Numbered from the stretch's first letter, positions 13,201 through 25,450 are shown. The stretch is DNA of 64,000 bases from Macrostomum hystrix (GCA_950097015.1 CATNEN010000034.1:6882001-6946000), one strand, 5' to 3'. A program made the numbers and translations. The notes: a model not told the origin generated them from the letters alone.

Positions 13201-16200
13201 AATAACCCCAGCAGATGCTGGTACACATTTTTAACAGCTGGCTGAACTGTAGAATGCCGAGTTATGTGTCTTGCACAAATTGTTCCATGAATCGAACCAC
13301 CGACCTTTGATTCGGGAGTCCGACCTCTAGGTAAAATTTAGGATGCAGAAAAGAGATAACGATATGCCTTAACGATTTTGCACAATAATGTTTACAAAAT
13401 TTCACTTCGATTTACAAAAAGGCACTGTCATTAAAACTTTGCTTTTACGCCAAAAGCAAAAATTTGCTTTTTATGTAAATTTAATTTCTGCAGAGACGAC
13501 AGGTGAAATTTAGCCTCGACCTGCGAGACTTCCACAGCGACGATGAGCTAGTATGGGTACATCTTATAGCTCAGATAATATTTTTCAGACAGTCACGTAA
13601 TGCATGCGTGCCTGATTGAGCATATCCATTAGCAAAAGAAACATTACTTTTCAAATCCTTATCTCGCTACTTTAAGTAAGCGACAAGTGAGTGAGAATGT
13701 TAAATATGGTTATTATTTCACGTTTGGAGCATGCTTGCATCTTACATACACTGTGCCTATGTTTCATCAAGACCAAAGTCTCAGATAGAGAGCTCTATAA
13801 TTTCATTTCATCAGTTAGTATGCCCATTGCCCTCCTGGTCCTTCAGTGCATGGTGTATTGCCCGCCTGGTCCTTCAGTGCATGGTGTATTGCCCTCCTGG
13901 TCCTTCAGAGCATGGTGTATTGCCCTCCTGGTCCTTCAGAGCATGGTGTATTGCCCTCCTGGTCCTTCAGAGCATGGTGTATTGCCCGCCTGGTCCTTCA
14001 GTGCATGGTGTATTGCCCTCCTGGTCCTTCAGAGCATGGTGTATTGCCCTCCTGGTCCTTCAGAGCATCGCCTGCTAACGATCGTCTTTATCGACTTGCT
14101 CTCCTTCCTCTGTCTTGTCTGCAGCCGCCGCTTACCAGTCGCCGTGGGGCCTCCGACCGGCCCGGCAGCGTTCGGTCGGGCCAGGAGAAGTCCACCGAGA
14201 AGGGTCGAAATACCGGCAAGTCGGGCGCCAAGAGCAAAAAGGTGAGATACTCTTTCTTTGATTGGATGGACCGGAGAGAGAATCTGAGCTGAGCTCCAAC
14301 CAATGACGAGAGCCAGCCAATCATGACGCAAATAGGGTAAGAGGGAGCTGCCACACAGCCCTGCAGAGCTACTCGCTTGCAGAATTAGTGTGGCAGGGTT
14401 GAGATAGCAGACGCGACAGCCAATGAGCACTAATGAGCAACTAATATTAAACTTTCCCTCTTCAACGTCACAGGAGGAGAAAGCCAAGCCGGATGATAAG
14501 GTCAAGGCTAAAGGACAAAAGGAAGATTCTAAGGCCAAAGGAAAAAGTGAGTTACTGGCACGAGCTGTTTGTAGCTTTCATTCAAGTCCGCTTATTCTTT
14601 ATTAATCTCTCATTTTTTTATATTAGCTGCAAGTGTCACTGGCTCTGAGAAGGACTCAAAGAGTTCAGCGACATTGAAGTCAGGCAAAGGCAAGGGTAGC
14701 CGGGTGAAGGTCCCGACGCCACAGATGGATCCGGAGGTGAGATTTCATTTCGTCATTCTTTGATCTCTGACTCTGAGCTCTTATCTTATAATATATCTGC
14801 CGCTCTAGATCCATGACTGCCAATCCATCTGCTTCCCTAGATCCATGACTGCCAATCCATCTGCTTCCCTAGATCCATGACTGCCAATCCATCTGCTTCC
14901 CTAGATCCATGACTGCCAACCCATCTGCTTCCCTAGATCTATCATTGCCAATCCATCTGCTTCCCTAGATCCATCACTGCCAATCCATCTGCTTCCCTAG
15001 ATCCATGACTGCCAATCCATCTGCTTCCCTAGATCCATCACTGCCAATCCATCTGCTTCCCTAGATCCATCACTGCCAATCCATCTGCTTCCCTAGATCC
15101 ATGACTGCCAATCCATCTGCTTCCCTAGATCCATCACTGCCAATCCATCTGCTTCCCTAGATCCATCACTGCCAATCCATCTGCTTCCCTAGATCCATGA
15201 CTGCCAATCCATCTGCTTCCCTAGATCCATCACTGCCAATCCATCTGCTTCCCTAGATCCATCACTGCCAATCCATCTGCTTCCCTAGATCCATGACTAC
15301 CAATCCATCTGCTTCCCTAGATCCATGACTGCCAATCCATCTGCTTCCCTAGATCCATCACTTCCAATCCATCTGCTTCCCTAGATCCATGACTGCCAAT
15401 CCATCTGCTTCCCTAGATCCATGACTGCCAATCCATCTGCTTCCCTAGATCCATGACTGCCAATTCATCTGCTTCCCTAGATCCATGACTGCCAACCCAT
15501 CTGCTTCCCTAGATCTATCATTGCCAATCCATCTGCTTCCCTAGATCCATGACTGCCAATCCATCTGCTCATGCCCATTGCACCCGCCCGCAGCAGCAAG
15601 AGCTGGAGCCATTCAACTCGGACCATCCGTTGCTGGAGCGAGCGGACACTGGCTACGCCCCGGGTTTCCTGCTGGTCCCTGGCAACCACGTTCTGGCCCT
15701 GCTCAACCTCTCCAGTGCGTTCTTTTAAGCATTTCTACTTTGAGAATGGTGGACGAATCCGGTATCTACGGATTGTATACGGCCATCTAATTAAAACACA
15801 ACCATGCAGTCGTGTATTTATGATCTTTTTCTCTGTTTGATTTTATATTTTCTTTCTTTTAACTTTCTAGGAAACCAGATCACAGATCAAGGCGTGTTGG
15901 AGTGGAAGACGGCCATCAGATATCAGGCGGCCTACATGAGCAGGCAGAGGGTGAATGGCACCGGAATGATGCGACTCATGCTGCAGGTGAGAAGGCTGCT
16001 TAATTGAGTGCAGTAGATTCGTTTTTTAGCTTGAAAAAATCTGTTAAAAGCTAGCGAAAATTACATTGGCTAACACTGCGTAAGGGTAAGTAGGCGCATA
16101 ATTTCATCGAAATGCAATGAACTTCTCGTGATGCGAACACTGGATGCTTTTCAGGGCAACCCGTTCTCGTTGGACAACGAGAGCTACAAGGTTCTCCAAC

Positions 16201-16250
16201 AGACCATGAACAGTCGAGATCCGTTCGCCAGTGCATTGGGAAATGAGTAA
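7216..16250 (+). CDS. LRRC71: Leucine-rich repeat-containing protein 71 orthologue, multi-exon, ~557 aa
   Basis: Phase-consistent GT-AG exons: 7216-7276, 7379-7497, 7595-7706, [8670-8720 optional], 9410-9620, 9696-9842, 10481-10640, 11086-11259, 13494-13550, 14125-14241, 14474-14546, 14627-14736, 15594-15714, 15871-15986, 16155-16250 (TAA). Family motifs: YQPTGNFQADFNELC, VSEVQIKNWKLE, LRTNRTLIHLSLSNNRLTDRGA..LA...F.LTHEEVVERRKLL, PGNHVLALLNLSRNQITDQG. Confidence 0.88.
7817..8520. repeat. Intronic minisatellite, 19-bp unit CTGTTAGACAGAGACTGAC
   Basis: Tandem copies read directly; lies in LRRC71 intron after exon 3. Confidence 0.95.
9095..9230 (-). mobile_element. SINE family A, partial copy
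   Basis: Shares CAGCAATTGCGCGGCGC..TGCGTAC..TTCAGTCCATGGACTGGG with the copies at 13085-13330 and 52149-52420. Confidence 0.65.
9914..10395. repeat. Intronic minisatellite, 31-bp unit CTCCTCACTCCTTCGTCCTCTCTGCACCCAC
   Basis: Tandem copies; ends about 85 bp before the acceptor at 10480. Confidence 0.95.
10735..11030. repeat. Intronic degenerate minisatellite, ~22-bp unit TACGACAACCCCACGCCGCCCT
   Basis: Tandem copies; ends about 55 bp before the acceptor at 11085. Confidence 0.9.
11625..12630. repeat. Intronic minisatellite, 26-bp unit CCCATCCTGTCCTTCAGCAGACAGAT
   Basis: Tandem copies. The ORF 11604-12644 is a by-product of the repeat. Confidence 0.95.
13085..13330 (-). mobile_element. SINE family A (tRNA-derived), near full length
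   Basis: Reverse complement has a tRNA-like head with B-box GGTTCGATTCA (13288-13298), then CCAGCTGTTAAA and the CAGTCCATGGACTG core. Homologous to 52149-52420. Confidence 0.75.
13826..14068. repeat. Intronic minisatellite, 31-bp unit TATTGCCCTCCTGGTCCTTCAGAGCATGGTG
   Basis: About 8 tandem copies; ends about 56 bp before the acceptor at 14124. Confidence 0.95.
14805..15569. repeat. Intronic minisatellite, 32-bp unit CTAGATCCATGACTGCCAATCCATCTGCTTCC
   Basis: About 24 tandem copies; ends about 24 bp before the acceptor at 15593. Confidence 0.95.
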
Positions 16251-17948
16251 ATACATTTTATTTGCTCAGCCAACCGGCCTCAGGTTGCCGTGAGAAAATA
16301 CTGAAGTTTTAGCGTGTGATTTTGAAATCCCACAAGTTATAGGCTTATATATGAAGATCAGCATTATATCTAACGACACTAATATCCATGAATTTACTCC
16401 TAAATTTTTTTTTGCCTTTTTTGTTGCCTGATACAGGAAGAAGTACTTTTATTGCAATTCACAGCGCACTAAGCGCAGTTTTTTAGTCACTTTTAGTGTG
16501 CAGTGCTATATCTTTGAACATTTAAGAAGTTATTTTAAATATATATGCTGAAACTCTTTTGGAAATTTTCCCACGCTGACATTTTGTAATTCTTTTCACT
16601 AATAAAGTTATCAATAGTTTTTTAAATAAATTCCTTATTTTACTTTAAATAGCAAAACTTGCACTTGTAGTTTCAATGTACATTGTACATCATCATAGTA
16701 AAGATCAATGACATGAAACCGGACTTTGTGGCACCAAAAGATGCGAAGCACCCATCATCTACATAATAGGCAGTAGAAAACTAAATATACACGCGCACGC
16801 TTTGACGTTTACGGTTCAAAGGAGAAACTCATCGTCGATGTGGTTCAGCCATCGGCCGATTAAATCAAACAAGCTTTGATTCACATAACATTTTTGAATA
16901 AAGCAACCAAACTGTTAAATATACAAAAATATAGAAATGATATATTTTTTAAGAGAAAATCCATGGAGAGTCAAAATATTGGCATCAGCAAAATTCTTAC
17001 TATAAACTTTTGATTTACTTCTCCAGACAAATTTAATCAGGTGAATTCTCGTGCAACACGTTCTGAAGATGAAGGTGCCGATTCGACAGAGATAACGTGA
17101 GACAACTGAAAAACGAGTTGGAAAAAATATTACGAAAAATTCGTTTTCAAATAATCATATTTGGTCTTATCATCATGTTTACGTCGTCAAAATAAAACCA
17201 TCTGATAACTTCATGAATCATGCCGACTTCATTCATAGGGCCTAGCATTATTGTGTGTGCCCTAGCTTCATCGAATGCGAATAAGTGGTGATTACGCGCA
17301 TAATTTTTGTCAATATCTATATATACTATTGAATAGAATGGACTGATTCATAATTTATAATAACTTTTATGCACTTAAGGCAAGTGCTCGCCAACCATGC
17401 ACTGCACACCAATTTGGCATCCAACACCAATGCACATGATAACCCGAATTTTCGGGAATATCTTACACTCTTACATAATCTGGACTATAGGCTAGTACTT
17501 GCCTGGGTCCTTAGCCCTATTGGCTATTTGGTTGTTTGTTCCAGCCCAATTTGTTTTTTTTGTACAAGTTCCCTATTTGCTTTCTTTTTTTGCTAGGGCC
17601 TAGCCTATACCTGAATCTGATGTCAAAATTCAAGTGTTTAAATTTCAGCTTATAGTTTTATCAGAGGTATAGCCAAGAGGTTGTCATAAGAACCATATGC
17701 CTAATTTTAGCTAGGGCTAAACTGATGCTGCTGGCTGGGCAGTGGGTGTTGCATTGGCCAGCCAGGTCTATGGCCATAAAACCATCACCTAGACTAGGCC
17801 ACCAATGAATGACAAGACAAAAATCCTGGCTACACAACTAGACTATATGAAATACCATATTAATTAGTATATAATTATATAATTAGAATTAATAATATAA
17901 GAATTAGAATATAATTAATTAGAATAAGATAATGCATGTGTTCAACTT

Positions 17949-18551
17949 GGGGGCGAGGGGGGTCAGCGGCTAACGTCGCTGCCTCGCACTCCAAAGGATG
18001 CTAGTTCAATTCACCGTTGAGGTCACAATTAATTTCGGTAGCCTACTTGTTGGGGGGGTTTGGACAGTAGCGACCGGCGGAGGTGCACCATATTTCGTGC
18101 AATCAAAGCTTGAAAAATAGCTTCGCTCCTACCTTTCTGTGTGCCTGTTCTGCGTTGTATGAGTTATGTGCGTTGGCGCTGGGGCATTAGACCTTGCGGG
18201 GGGTGGCTGGGGGGCAGGTGTACACCGCCGCGCGCTCAATCTGGATTTCCGTCAGCGCGATTGGATAAAGTGTACACTCGTCACCCGCCCCCCCCCCTGA
18301 GGACTGATTTGCTATCAGCCTTCCACCCCGGCTTGGTCTGCTCTGTGCGTGTGCGGGCCTGGGGTGAGAGGCACTTCAGCCTGCGCCCCCTTCCCCACTT
18401 GGCTTGCTGCTGTGTGTGTGAGGTGCTTGCTCAGGGGAGGCGATGCGATGGGCGGCTCTCGCCTAGTTTCGCCGGCCTGGGGGCATGCCGTTCCTGTGTT
18501 TGTGCGTCAAGTGAGCCCAGGCCCCCCTGCAAAGTAAGTAAGTAAGTAAGT
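17949..18551 (+). mobile_element. SINE family B, full length (~600 bp) with 13-bp target-site duplication
   Basis: tRNA-like head (A-box-like GGGTCAGCGG, B-box-like AGTTCAATTC) and (TAAG)n tail. Flanked by direct repeat ATGTGTTCAACTT at 17936-17948 and 18552-18564. Homologous to 51620-51973. Confidence 0.85.
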
Positions 18552-19820
18552 ATGTGTTCAACTTTGATCCTATGAACTTTCATCCTATACTGTATAGTAT
18601 TAACTGTGTGCTAACTCAATATGCTGTTCTGCCCATTAAGTATAGGCCAAGGAAGATTAGCTGCTTTTGCAAATATTGTATTGCACCAACTACAAAGCAC
18701 TAGTAGGTGATCATTCAAGATGAAAACTAGCATTTTCCTATTCTATTCCACATGCTATTCCCTGGCTTTGCAAAATAGTTAAACCCTAAAAATCTGAAGT
18801 CTAGAATAAATTCAATAAATGAAGAGGATCCTATTCATGGGACTGAAACTTATAGCAAACAGTTCACCCTAAATCTACTAATTAGAGACTTAGTCTGCTG
18901 TCTATTCTGCAATCTGTTGTGTCAAGTAGCATATAGAGTATATGTCTATCCCAACTTATGATTTAAAAATTGCTATGATTTGCCATCTATATCACCTTAG
19001 GATTGCTATGGTGTAGCATTGTCTTCAATGGAAGAAACTTATTCTAAATTGTTTGGGATAAAAATTGATTGCAATCATACATTACTGGGACAATGCTCAT
19101 GGTTGCAATTAATCCTCACTTAAAATAATTAATTACTCGTAGCTAATACTTTTATAACATAATTACACACCATACAATTAATTTGACACCAGTAGTTGGA
19201 ATATATGAGTAGAACTATATAACTAGCTTTGGTAACTACATATTTTGTAACTAGGCTTCATTTCTCTTTGGTATAAGTTTGGTCTTGAAAGGGAAAAAGT
19301 ATCAATAAACAACTGACAAAATAGTTATTTAAGTAGTAAATAATGTCATTAATTTGTAAGGTTTGCTATCTACTAAACATAATTACTACATTGTGTTCAC
19401 AATGTTAAAATTCTAAATTATTAGAAATAATAGTAATATAAAACTATTATGCTTTGGCTCATCAAGTTGATCTTTGGCTCATTATGTAATCTGTATTGTA
19501 TGTAGCTTTTTGTCTAATTTACTTCTTTTTAATCTAATACTTCAGGTCAGAACATAAGTCACATGATCATGATAATTCTTATTATGCCAAAATATATATC
19601 AATATAAACAATTGTAATATTTTTATTTTTAGTATAGAAACTAAGAGAATAGAAGCTAATGTATTACCATATTGCACTAGATTTTCTTGTGCCTAAATAG
19701 CTGCAACTACAAGAACTTTCCTATTTTTATAACTAAATAATTGACAAAAACCTCTAAAATTCTATTTACTTTCCTGATTTCAGTTGGCAGTACATTTCCT
19801 ATTTAAACGAAATATCCTCA

Positions 19821-21713
19821 ATGGAAAAGAACACTACAGATTCAATTGAGTTTCTTGAAGCAATTGGATATGGAAGAAGGATTATACATTGCTTTCTCCC
19901 TAATATAGACTCTAACAATAATGATAGCAACAAAAGCAACAATAATGGCAGCTCAATTAAGCTAAAGCGCAAGGTTAAGAAAGAGTTTGGTGTTAAGCGC
20001 TCATTTTCTGCCAAAGAAGTAGCTGGCAATCGCGGTGGAGAAGAAATCGACAGCCTGGTTAACTACATTGAGAACCGGCCTCCAGAGCTGTGCCAGGGAA
20101 GAAGCGGCCCAGTGTCTGAGCAGCTGCAGCGGCAGAAATCTCCTAAAGTCGATAAGAAGCCTACCAACTCAAGCTGTGTCACTATCAAGCCAGAGCCAGT
20201 GATGGATGCCAGCTCTATGGCTGAGAGTGCTGATACGCGGGAGCCATCGGATCGGCAGGTGGGTCCTATCGCTTTGAATTCCCAGACTTGTGCAACTGTC
20301 GATCATAATACAATCGATAATGGCGGTTGCGACCGTCCCGATCATAGCCCGCCTGTTGTCGCAGCTGCGGCTTCTTGCCTTGCTGAGAAGCGAAGAGATG
20401 ATCATGATGTCTATCCTACAGTTAAATACGATTTCCAGCCTGGACGAACCTTCAGACCGCGTTTTGGTGGATTTCACGAAGCGGACAAGTCAGGAGACTA
20501 TGATAACATTTCTTACCGAGCATTTTATCCTAGGATGCAGCAACAACGGGAGATACTGTCGCCGCATAATCACAAGCGTGGACATTACTGCACTTATCCT
20601 GCTGCTTGGTCAAGAGTTGACTATAATCAACAGTATTATTCCGCTCGCGAGAAAGAGTACTGTCCTGAGGAGAATCAACGCTATTTTCAGCAACAGCAGC
20701 ATTATCTGTCTCAGAGGGCGCGCCGTGTCCAATACCGCGGTCGCGTTTTGCGCGGTCGTGCCCCGAGACGAGGATCTTGGCATCCCAAATATTTTGGAAT
20801 GGACGCTGAAACTGATGCTTCCGAGCAGCCTGAATATCTTGGTAAAGTGCATCTTGGCATTGATAATAAAAACACAAGCCTGAAAGATTCCAGATCAGAG
20901 CACAGTGTAGAAATTAACTCCAGCAAAGACAGCCATTTGGTGCAGAATGTTACCTCCAGCTCCAACCAGGACAGCCATGTTGAGCAGAAAGTTGCTACCA
21001 GCTCCAACCAGGACAGCCATGTTGAGCAGAAAGTTGCTACCAGCTCCAACCAAGACAGCCATATTGAGCAGAAAGTTGCTACCAGCTCCAACCAAGACAG
21101 CCATATTGAGCAGAAAGTTGCTACCAGCTCCAACCAGGACAGCCATGTTGAGCAGAAAGTTGCTACCAGCTCCAACCAGGACAGCCATGTTGAACAGAAG
21201 GTTGCTACCAGCTCCAACCAGGACAGCCATGCTGAGCAGAAAGTTGCTACCAGCTCCAACCAGGACAGCCATGTTGAGCAGAAAGTTGCTACCAGCTCCA
21301 ACCAGGACAGCCATATTGAGCAGAAAGTTGCTACCAGCTCCAACCAGAACAGCCATGTTGAGCAGAGGGTTCCTACCAGCTCCAGCCATGTTGAACAGAA
21401 AGTTGCTTCCAGCTCCAGTGATGTTGAGCCGGTTGCTTCCACCTATAACAGCCATTGTAGGCATGTGGTTGTCAGTCATCAAAAGCAAAAGTTCTTTGGC
21501 ATCAATCGTGAGAGGCACATTTTACCCATGCTGCCGAAGCAGCACGAAGAGTGCCTGTGGAACTTGGCCCGCTCTAATCGGCTGCTGCTGCGCGACTTGA
21601 CGCAGGCTCGCGACGCGGATCAGCACTTTCAGCTGCTAGGCTTTCTAGCCTCGCTGACCAAAGATTGCCCGATGCGTAAATTGCACACTGAGCCGGAGAA
21701 CAATTTGACATAA
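19821..21713 (+). CDS. Hypothetical 630-aa largely disordered protein with 14-aa tandem repeats and an R/G/Y-rich segment
   Basis: Long uninterrupted ORF in AT-rich surroundings, with non-repetitive coding-like flanks on both sides of the repeat. A splice acceptor (TTTCAG, 19784) lies 37 nt before the ATG. Family not recognised. Confidence 0.7.
   Translation: MEKNTTDSIEFLEAIGYGRRIIHCFLPNIDSNNNDSNKSNNNGSSIKLKRKVKKEFGVKRSFSAKEVAGNRGGEEIDSLVNYIENRPPELCQGRSGPVSEQLQRQKSPKVDKKPTNSSCVTIKPEPVMDASSMAESADTREPSDRQVGPIALNSQTCATVDHNTIDNGGCDRPDHSPPVVAAAASCLAEKRRDDHDVYPTVKYDFQPGRTFRPRFGGFHEADKSGDYDNISYRAFYPRMQQQREILSPHNHKRGHYCTYPAAWSRVDYNQQYYSAREKEYCPEENQRYFQQQQHYLSQRARRVQYRGRVLRGRAPRRGSWHPKYFGMDAETDASEQPEYLGKVHLGIDNKNTSLKDSRSEHSVEINSSKDSHLVQNVTSSSNQDSHVEQKVATSSNQDSHVEQKVATSSNQDSHIEQKVATSSNQDSHIEQKVATSSNQDSHVEQKVATSSNQDSHVEQKVATSSNQDSHAEQKVATSSNQDSHVEQKVATSSNQDSHIEQKVATSSNQNSHVEQRVPTSSSHVEQKVASSSSDVEPVASTYNSHCRHVVVSHQKQKFFGINRERHILPMLPKQHEECLWNLARSNRLLLRDLTQARDADQHFQLLGFLASLTKDCPMRKLHTEPENNLT
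20956..21410 (+). repeat. Coding VNTR, 42-bp unit encoding SSNQDSHVEQKVAT
   Basis: About 10-11 in-frame copies inside the 19821-21713 ORF. Confidence 0.95.
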
Positions 21714-22737
21714 AGTCTTTTTCATGCTGCATTATAGTGCCGGTTATGCACTAAACATTTAGTTTTCCCTGCGCTACTCTTATGAAGCAAAGCTTTTTAA
21801 ATGCAGTTGCCTGTGCGACTTTTGCAAGATCTTATCATACAAAATTTAGTTGGGTTATTTTTAAGTCTGCTAAATCATTTTACTAAAAATCTTTCTACTA
21901 TTAGACTAGTACTGCACACCATTTCTACTATGTTAGTAGTACAAGTATTATCATCCAAATCACTTCCAATTTCTGGTTGTTTTGTATTTTTCTACAGTGG
22001 CTCAATGGTTCTAGCGAAATAAGGAAATTGTGTCACTCCGTTCACTTATCTTTATCGACTCGAAGCAACTTTTACAATTCAGTCAAGCCAATATTTTTTC
22101 ACAAACAAATTGATTCTTAGAATAGCTACCCTTAACTCACACTCGGTATCTCGGTAACACTAGGTTGCACGCTGCAGATTGTGATCTACCACAAAATTTA
22201 AGGATTTTAGTTCTGTGGGTAGAGTGATTTCCGCTGCTATCAAGAGCTTACACCTTTAGTTAGAGTTTTGTAACTCGCTTCAAATTTAAACCTCATCACA
22301 ATTAACATTTTCCTTCATATTCTTGTAAACATTTGTTCTCTTTCGCTCATATATATTCGTTCGTCAGTCAATGCGTTACATGCTCCATCATAAACTTTTA
22401 CAATATTTTTCTATTTTCTAGGAAAAAATTCGTGAAATCTCATCTATAGATTTTGCCAATTTTTTCAGCTATCCGCTTTCTGTAACTAATCAAAGTTTTC
22501 AGTTTAATATATTTTATTTCGAATAGCCTTTGAACTTGCAACCGTCGTGTTCTGCCGTCGTGTCTCACTTTTCAATCTACTTTTTGTTCTACCGCTTCTG
22601 CGCCTCTGCAATGCAGCAGTTCCCGGTGCCAATTTTTTGTTAATCATCAACTAATTAGCTAGTTTCTATCTGCATTGCATTTGTTTTCACAAAATATGCT
22701 AAATTTGCGCAGAGTCTTGCCTTTTACTGATTAATAG

Positions 22738-23860
22738 CCCATCAAACACTACCCGAAACCCATCACACACTTCCCTGAAACCCATCACACACTACCCTGA
22801 GATCCATCACACACTACCCTGAAATCCATCACACACTACCCTGAAATCCATCACACACTACCCTGAAATCCATCACACACTACCCTGAGATCCATCACAC
22901 ACTACCCTGAAATCCATCACACACTACCCTGAAATCCATCACACACTACCCTGAGATCCATCACACACTTCCCTGAAACCCATCACACACTACCCTGAAA
23001 TCCATCACACACTACCCTGAGATCCATCACACACTACCCTGAAATCCATCACACACTACCCTGAAATCCATCACACACTACCCTGAAATCCATCAAACAC
23101 TACCCTGAGACCCATCAAACACTTCCCTGAAATCCATCGAACACTTGCTGAGACCCATCAAACACTCTCTGAGATCCATCACACACTACCCTGAGACCCA
23201 TCAAACACTACCCTGAAATCCATCACACACTACCCTGAAATCCATCACACACTACCCTGAGATCCATCACACACTTCCCTGAAACCCATCACACACTACC
23301 CTGAGATCCATCACACACTTCCCTGAAACCCATCACACACTACCCTGAAATCCATCAAACACTACCCTGAGACCCATCAAACACTTCCCTGAAATCCATC
23401 GAACACTTGCTGAGACCCATCAAACACTCTCTGAGATCCATCACACACTACCCTGAGACCCATCAAACACTACCCGAAACCCATCACACACTTCCCTGAA
23501 ACCCATCACACACTACCCTGAGATCCATCACACACTTCCCTGAAACCCATCACACACTACCCTGAAATCCATCAAACACTACCCTGAGACCCATCAAACA
23601 CTTCCCTGAAATCCATCGAACACTTGCTGAGACCCATCAAACACTCTCTGAGATCCATCACACACTACCCTGAGACCCATCAAACACTACCCTGAAATCC
23701 ATCACACACTACCCTGAAATCCATCACACACTACCCTGAGATCCATCACACACTTCCCTGAAATCCATCGAACACTTGCTGAGACCCATCAAACACTCTC
23801 TGAGATCCATCACACACTACCCTGAGACCCATCAAACACTTCCCTGAGACCCGATAAACA
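22738..23860. repeat. Minisatellite, 22-bp unit CCATCACACACTACCCTGAAAT
   Basis: About 50 tandem copies with higher-order variant blocks. Confidence 0.95.
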
Positions 23861-24312
23861 TTCCCCTGCAATAGAAGTCTAAAAACTGCGCTTGTCTACG
23901 GTTTGGAGCTATGGCATTAAGAGTTGCATTTGCTTAATAGTTTTTTTCCTCTTTATGTGTTGTGCTCACATCAAAGCTCCAAGTGTGTTCGCATTGAAAC
24001 TTATTCAGCCTGTCTTGTATTGCCTTGGTGCTTACCATATCATGCTCACTGCATTTTAGGGCAAGTTTGCCTTTGTTTCAATCTTCTTTGGAAAACTCTC
24101 CGATATATTTTTCTATATAATTAAAGGCTTCAACCGTGCAAGTATGCTTTATTAATTTTGGCCTGTCATCTTGGTTGGCTGCACAAAATCAGAGCTGTTT
24201 TTTTATTATTTTTTTTTTTTACTTTTCAGAGGATTTGGAAGATGGCAGACTTGACGGACAAATTAGTAACATTTCATAACTCACGAACTTAGCTAAGACA
24301 CTTTAGGACGGA

Positions 24313-24562
24313 AGAGAGTCATTTTTGTGGACTTAAGAGAGTCATTTTAGTAGACTTGAGAGAGTCATTTTAGTGGAATGAAGAGTCATTTTAGTGGACT
24401 GAAGAGAGTCACTTTAGTACGTCGTATAATAATGAGAGTCCTTTTAATGGACTAAAATGAGTAATTTTAGTGGACTGAAGATAGTCATTTTAGTAGAATG
24501 ATAAGAGTCCTTTTAATAGACTAAAATGAGTAATTTTAGTGGACTGAAGATAGTCATTTTAA
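24313..24562. repeat. Degenerate ~23-bp repeat GAGAGTCATTTTAGTGGACTGAA
   Basis: About 10 imperfect copies. Confidence 0.8.
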
Positions 24563-25099
24563 GAGAGGCATAACAGGGTCATTTTTTGAGGGCAGAAAAA
24601 GTATTTTTAGTGGCAATTCTGTACTTTATGCGTATAGGACAAGCAAGATTGTCAAGTGTACGTGATGTAGGTGTATAAGTGCTTATGATAAGAGTAGCTG
24701 TTCCCTTAACTCCACCGCCCGAATCGGACTCAGTCAGTATTGTTTTCATGCAACATTTATCGCGAATTTTAAAGCTATTTAAACAGCGCAAACTTGTAAA
24801 CAAACAGTCTGTCGAACAATGTCACGCTTTCCAAAGCCTTCGTTGTTATAGATAGGCCTCTATAATCTGTCTGATTAACCGCTCCATCACGAAACGCAGT
24901 TACGTAGCCGTCATATAAAGCCACTAAATAAGCGGATTGGTGCGCTAATAATTCTCACGAACAAGTAACGAAGGGATGGTTCAAAACAACTGGAAATGTC
25001 CGTTTATTGATATTGATTCATATATCGAGTTCTAAAAATAGCGGGATTAACGGCTAAATGTTGACATTTTGTGCAACAAAAAAATAAATCTTGCTAATA

Positions 25100-25280
25100 A
25101 TAGTGCTAATGCTATATTCTATAGCTAGTGCTAATGAGTGCTAGTATTCTAGATAGTGCAAATGCTGTATTCTAGCTAGTGCTATACTGCTGTAATGTAC
25201 TCGTAGCAAGTGCTAATTCTGTATTCTAGCTAGTGCTAATTCTGTATTCTAGCTAGTGCTATAGTAGTGCGGTAATCTAG
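25100..25280. repeat. Degenerate ~23-bp repeat AGTGCTAATTCTGTATTCTAGCT
   Basis: Several imperfect copies. Confidence 0.7.
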
Positions 25281-25379
25281 CTACTGTTTTCTTCTGACAT
25301 TGCTATTTACAGGTCACTGAGGAGTGCCTCACTCACCACACACTCCTGACACCTTGGTACTGAAACTTCGCTGCTCACA

Positions 25380-25450
25380 TCACTGACACTTCACTGACAC
25401 TTCACTGACACTTCACTGACACTTCACTGACACTTCACTGACACTTCACT
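25380..25450. repeat. 11-bp tandem repeat CACTGACACTT just 3' of the GPCR stop codon
   Basis: About 6 perfect copies. Confidence 0.9.

Noticed and set aside
14805-15569. Regular ~32-bp repeats as possible CRISPR array (also 35421-36070)
   Set aside because: Units are head-to-tail with no unique spacers, there are no cas genes, and the context is eukaryotic.
20711-21600. Alternative-frame and antisense ORFs over the 42-bp repeat
   Set aside because: They are open only because the repeat unit has no stops; the 630-aa frame is the one that extends on both sides.
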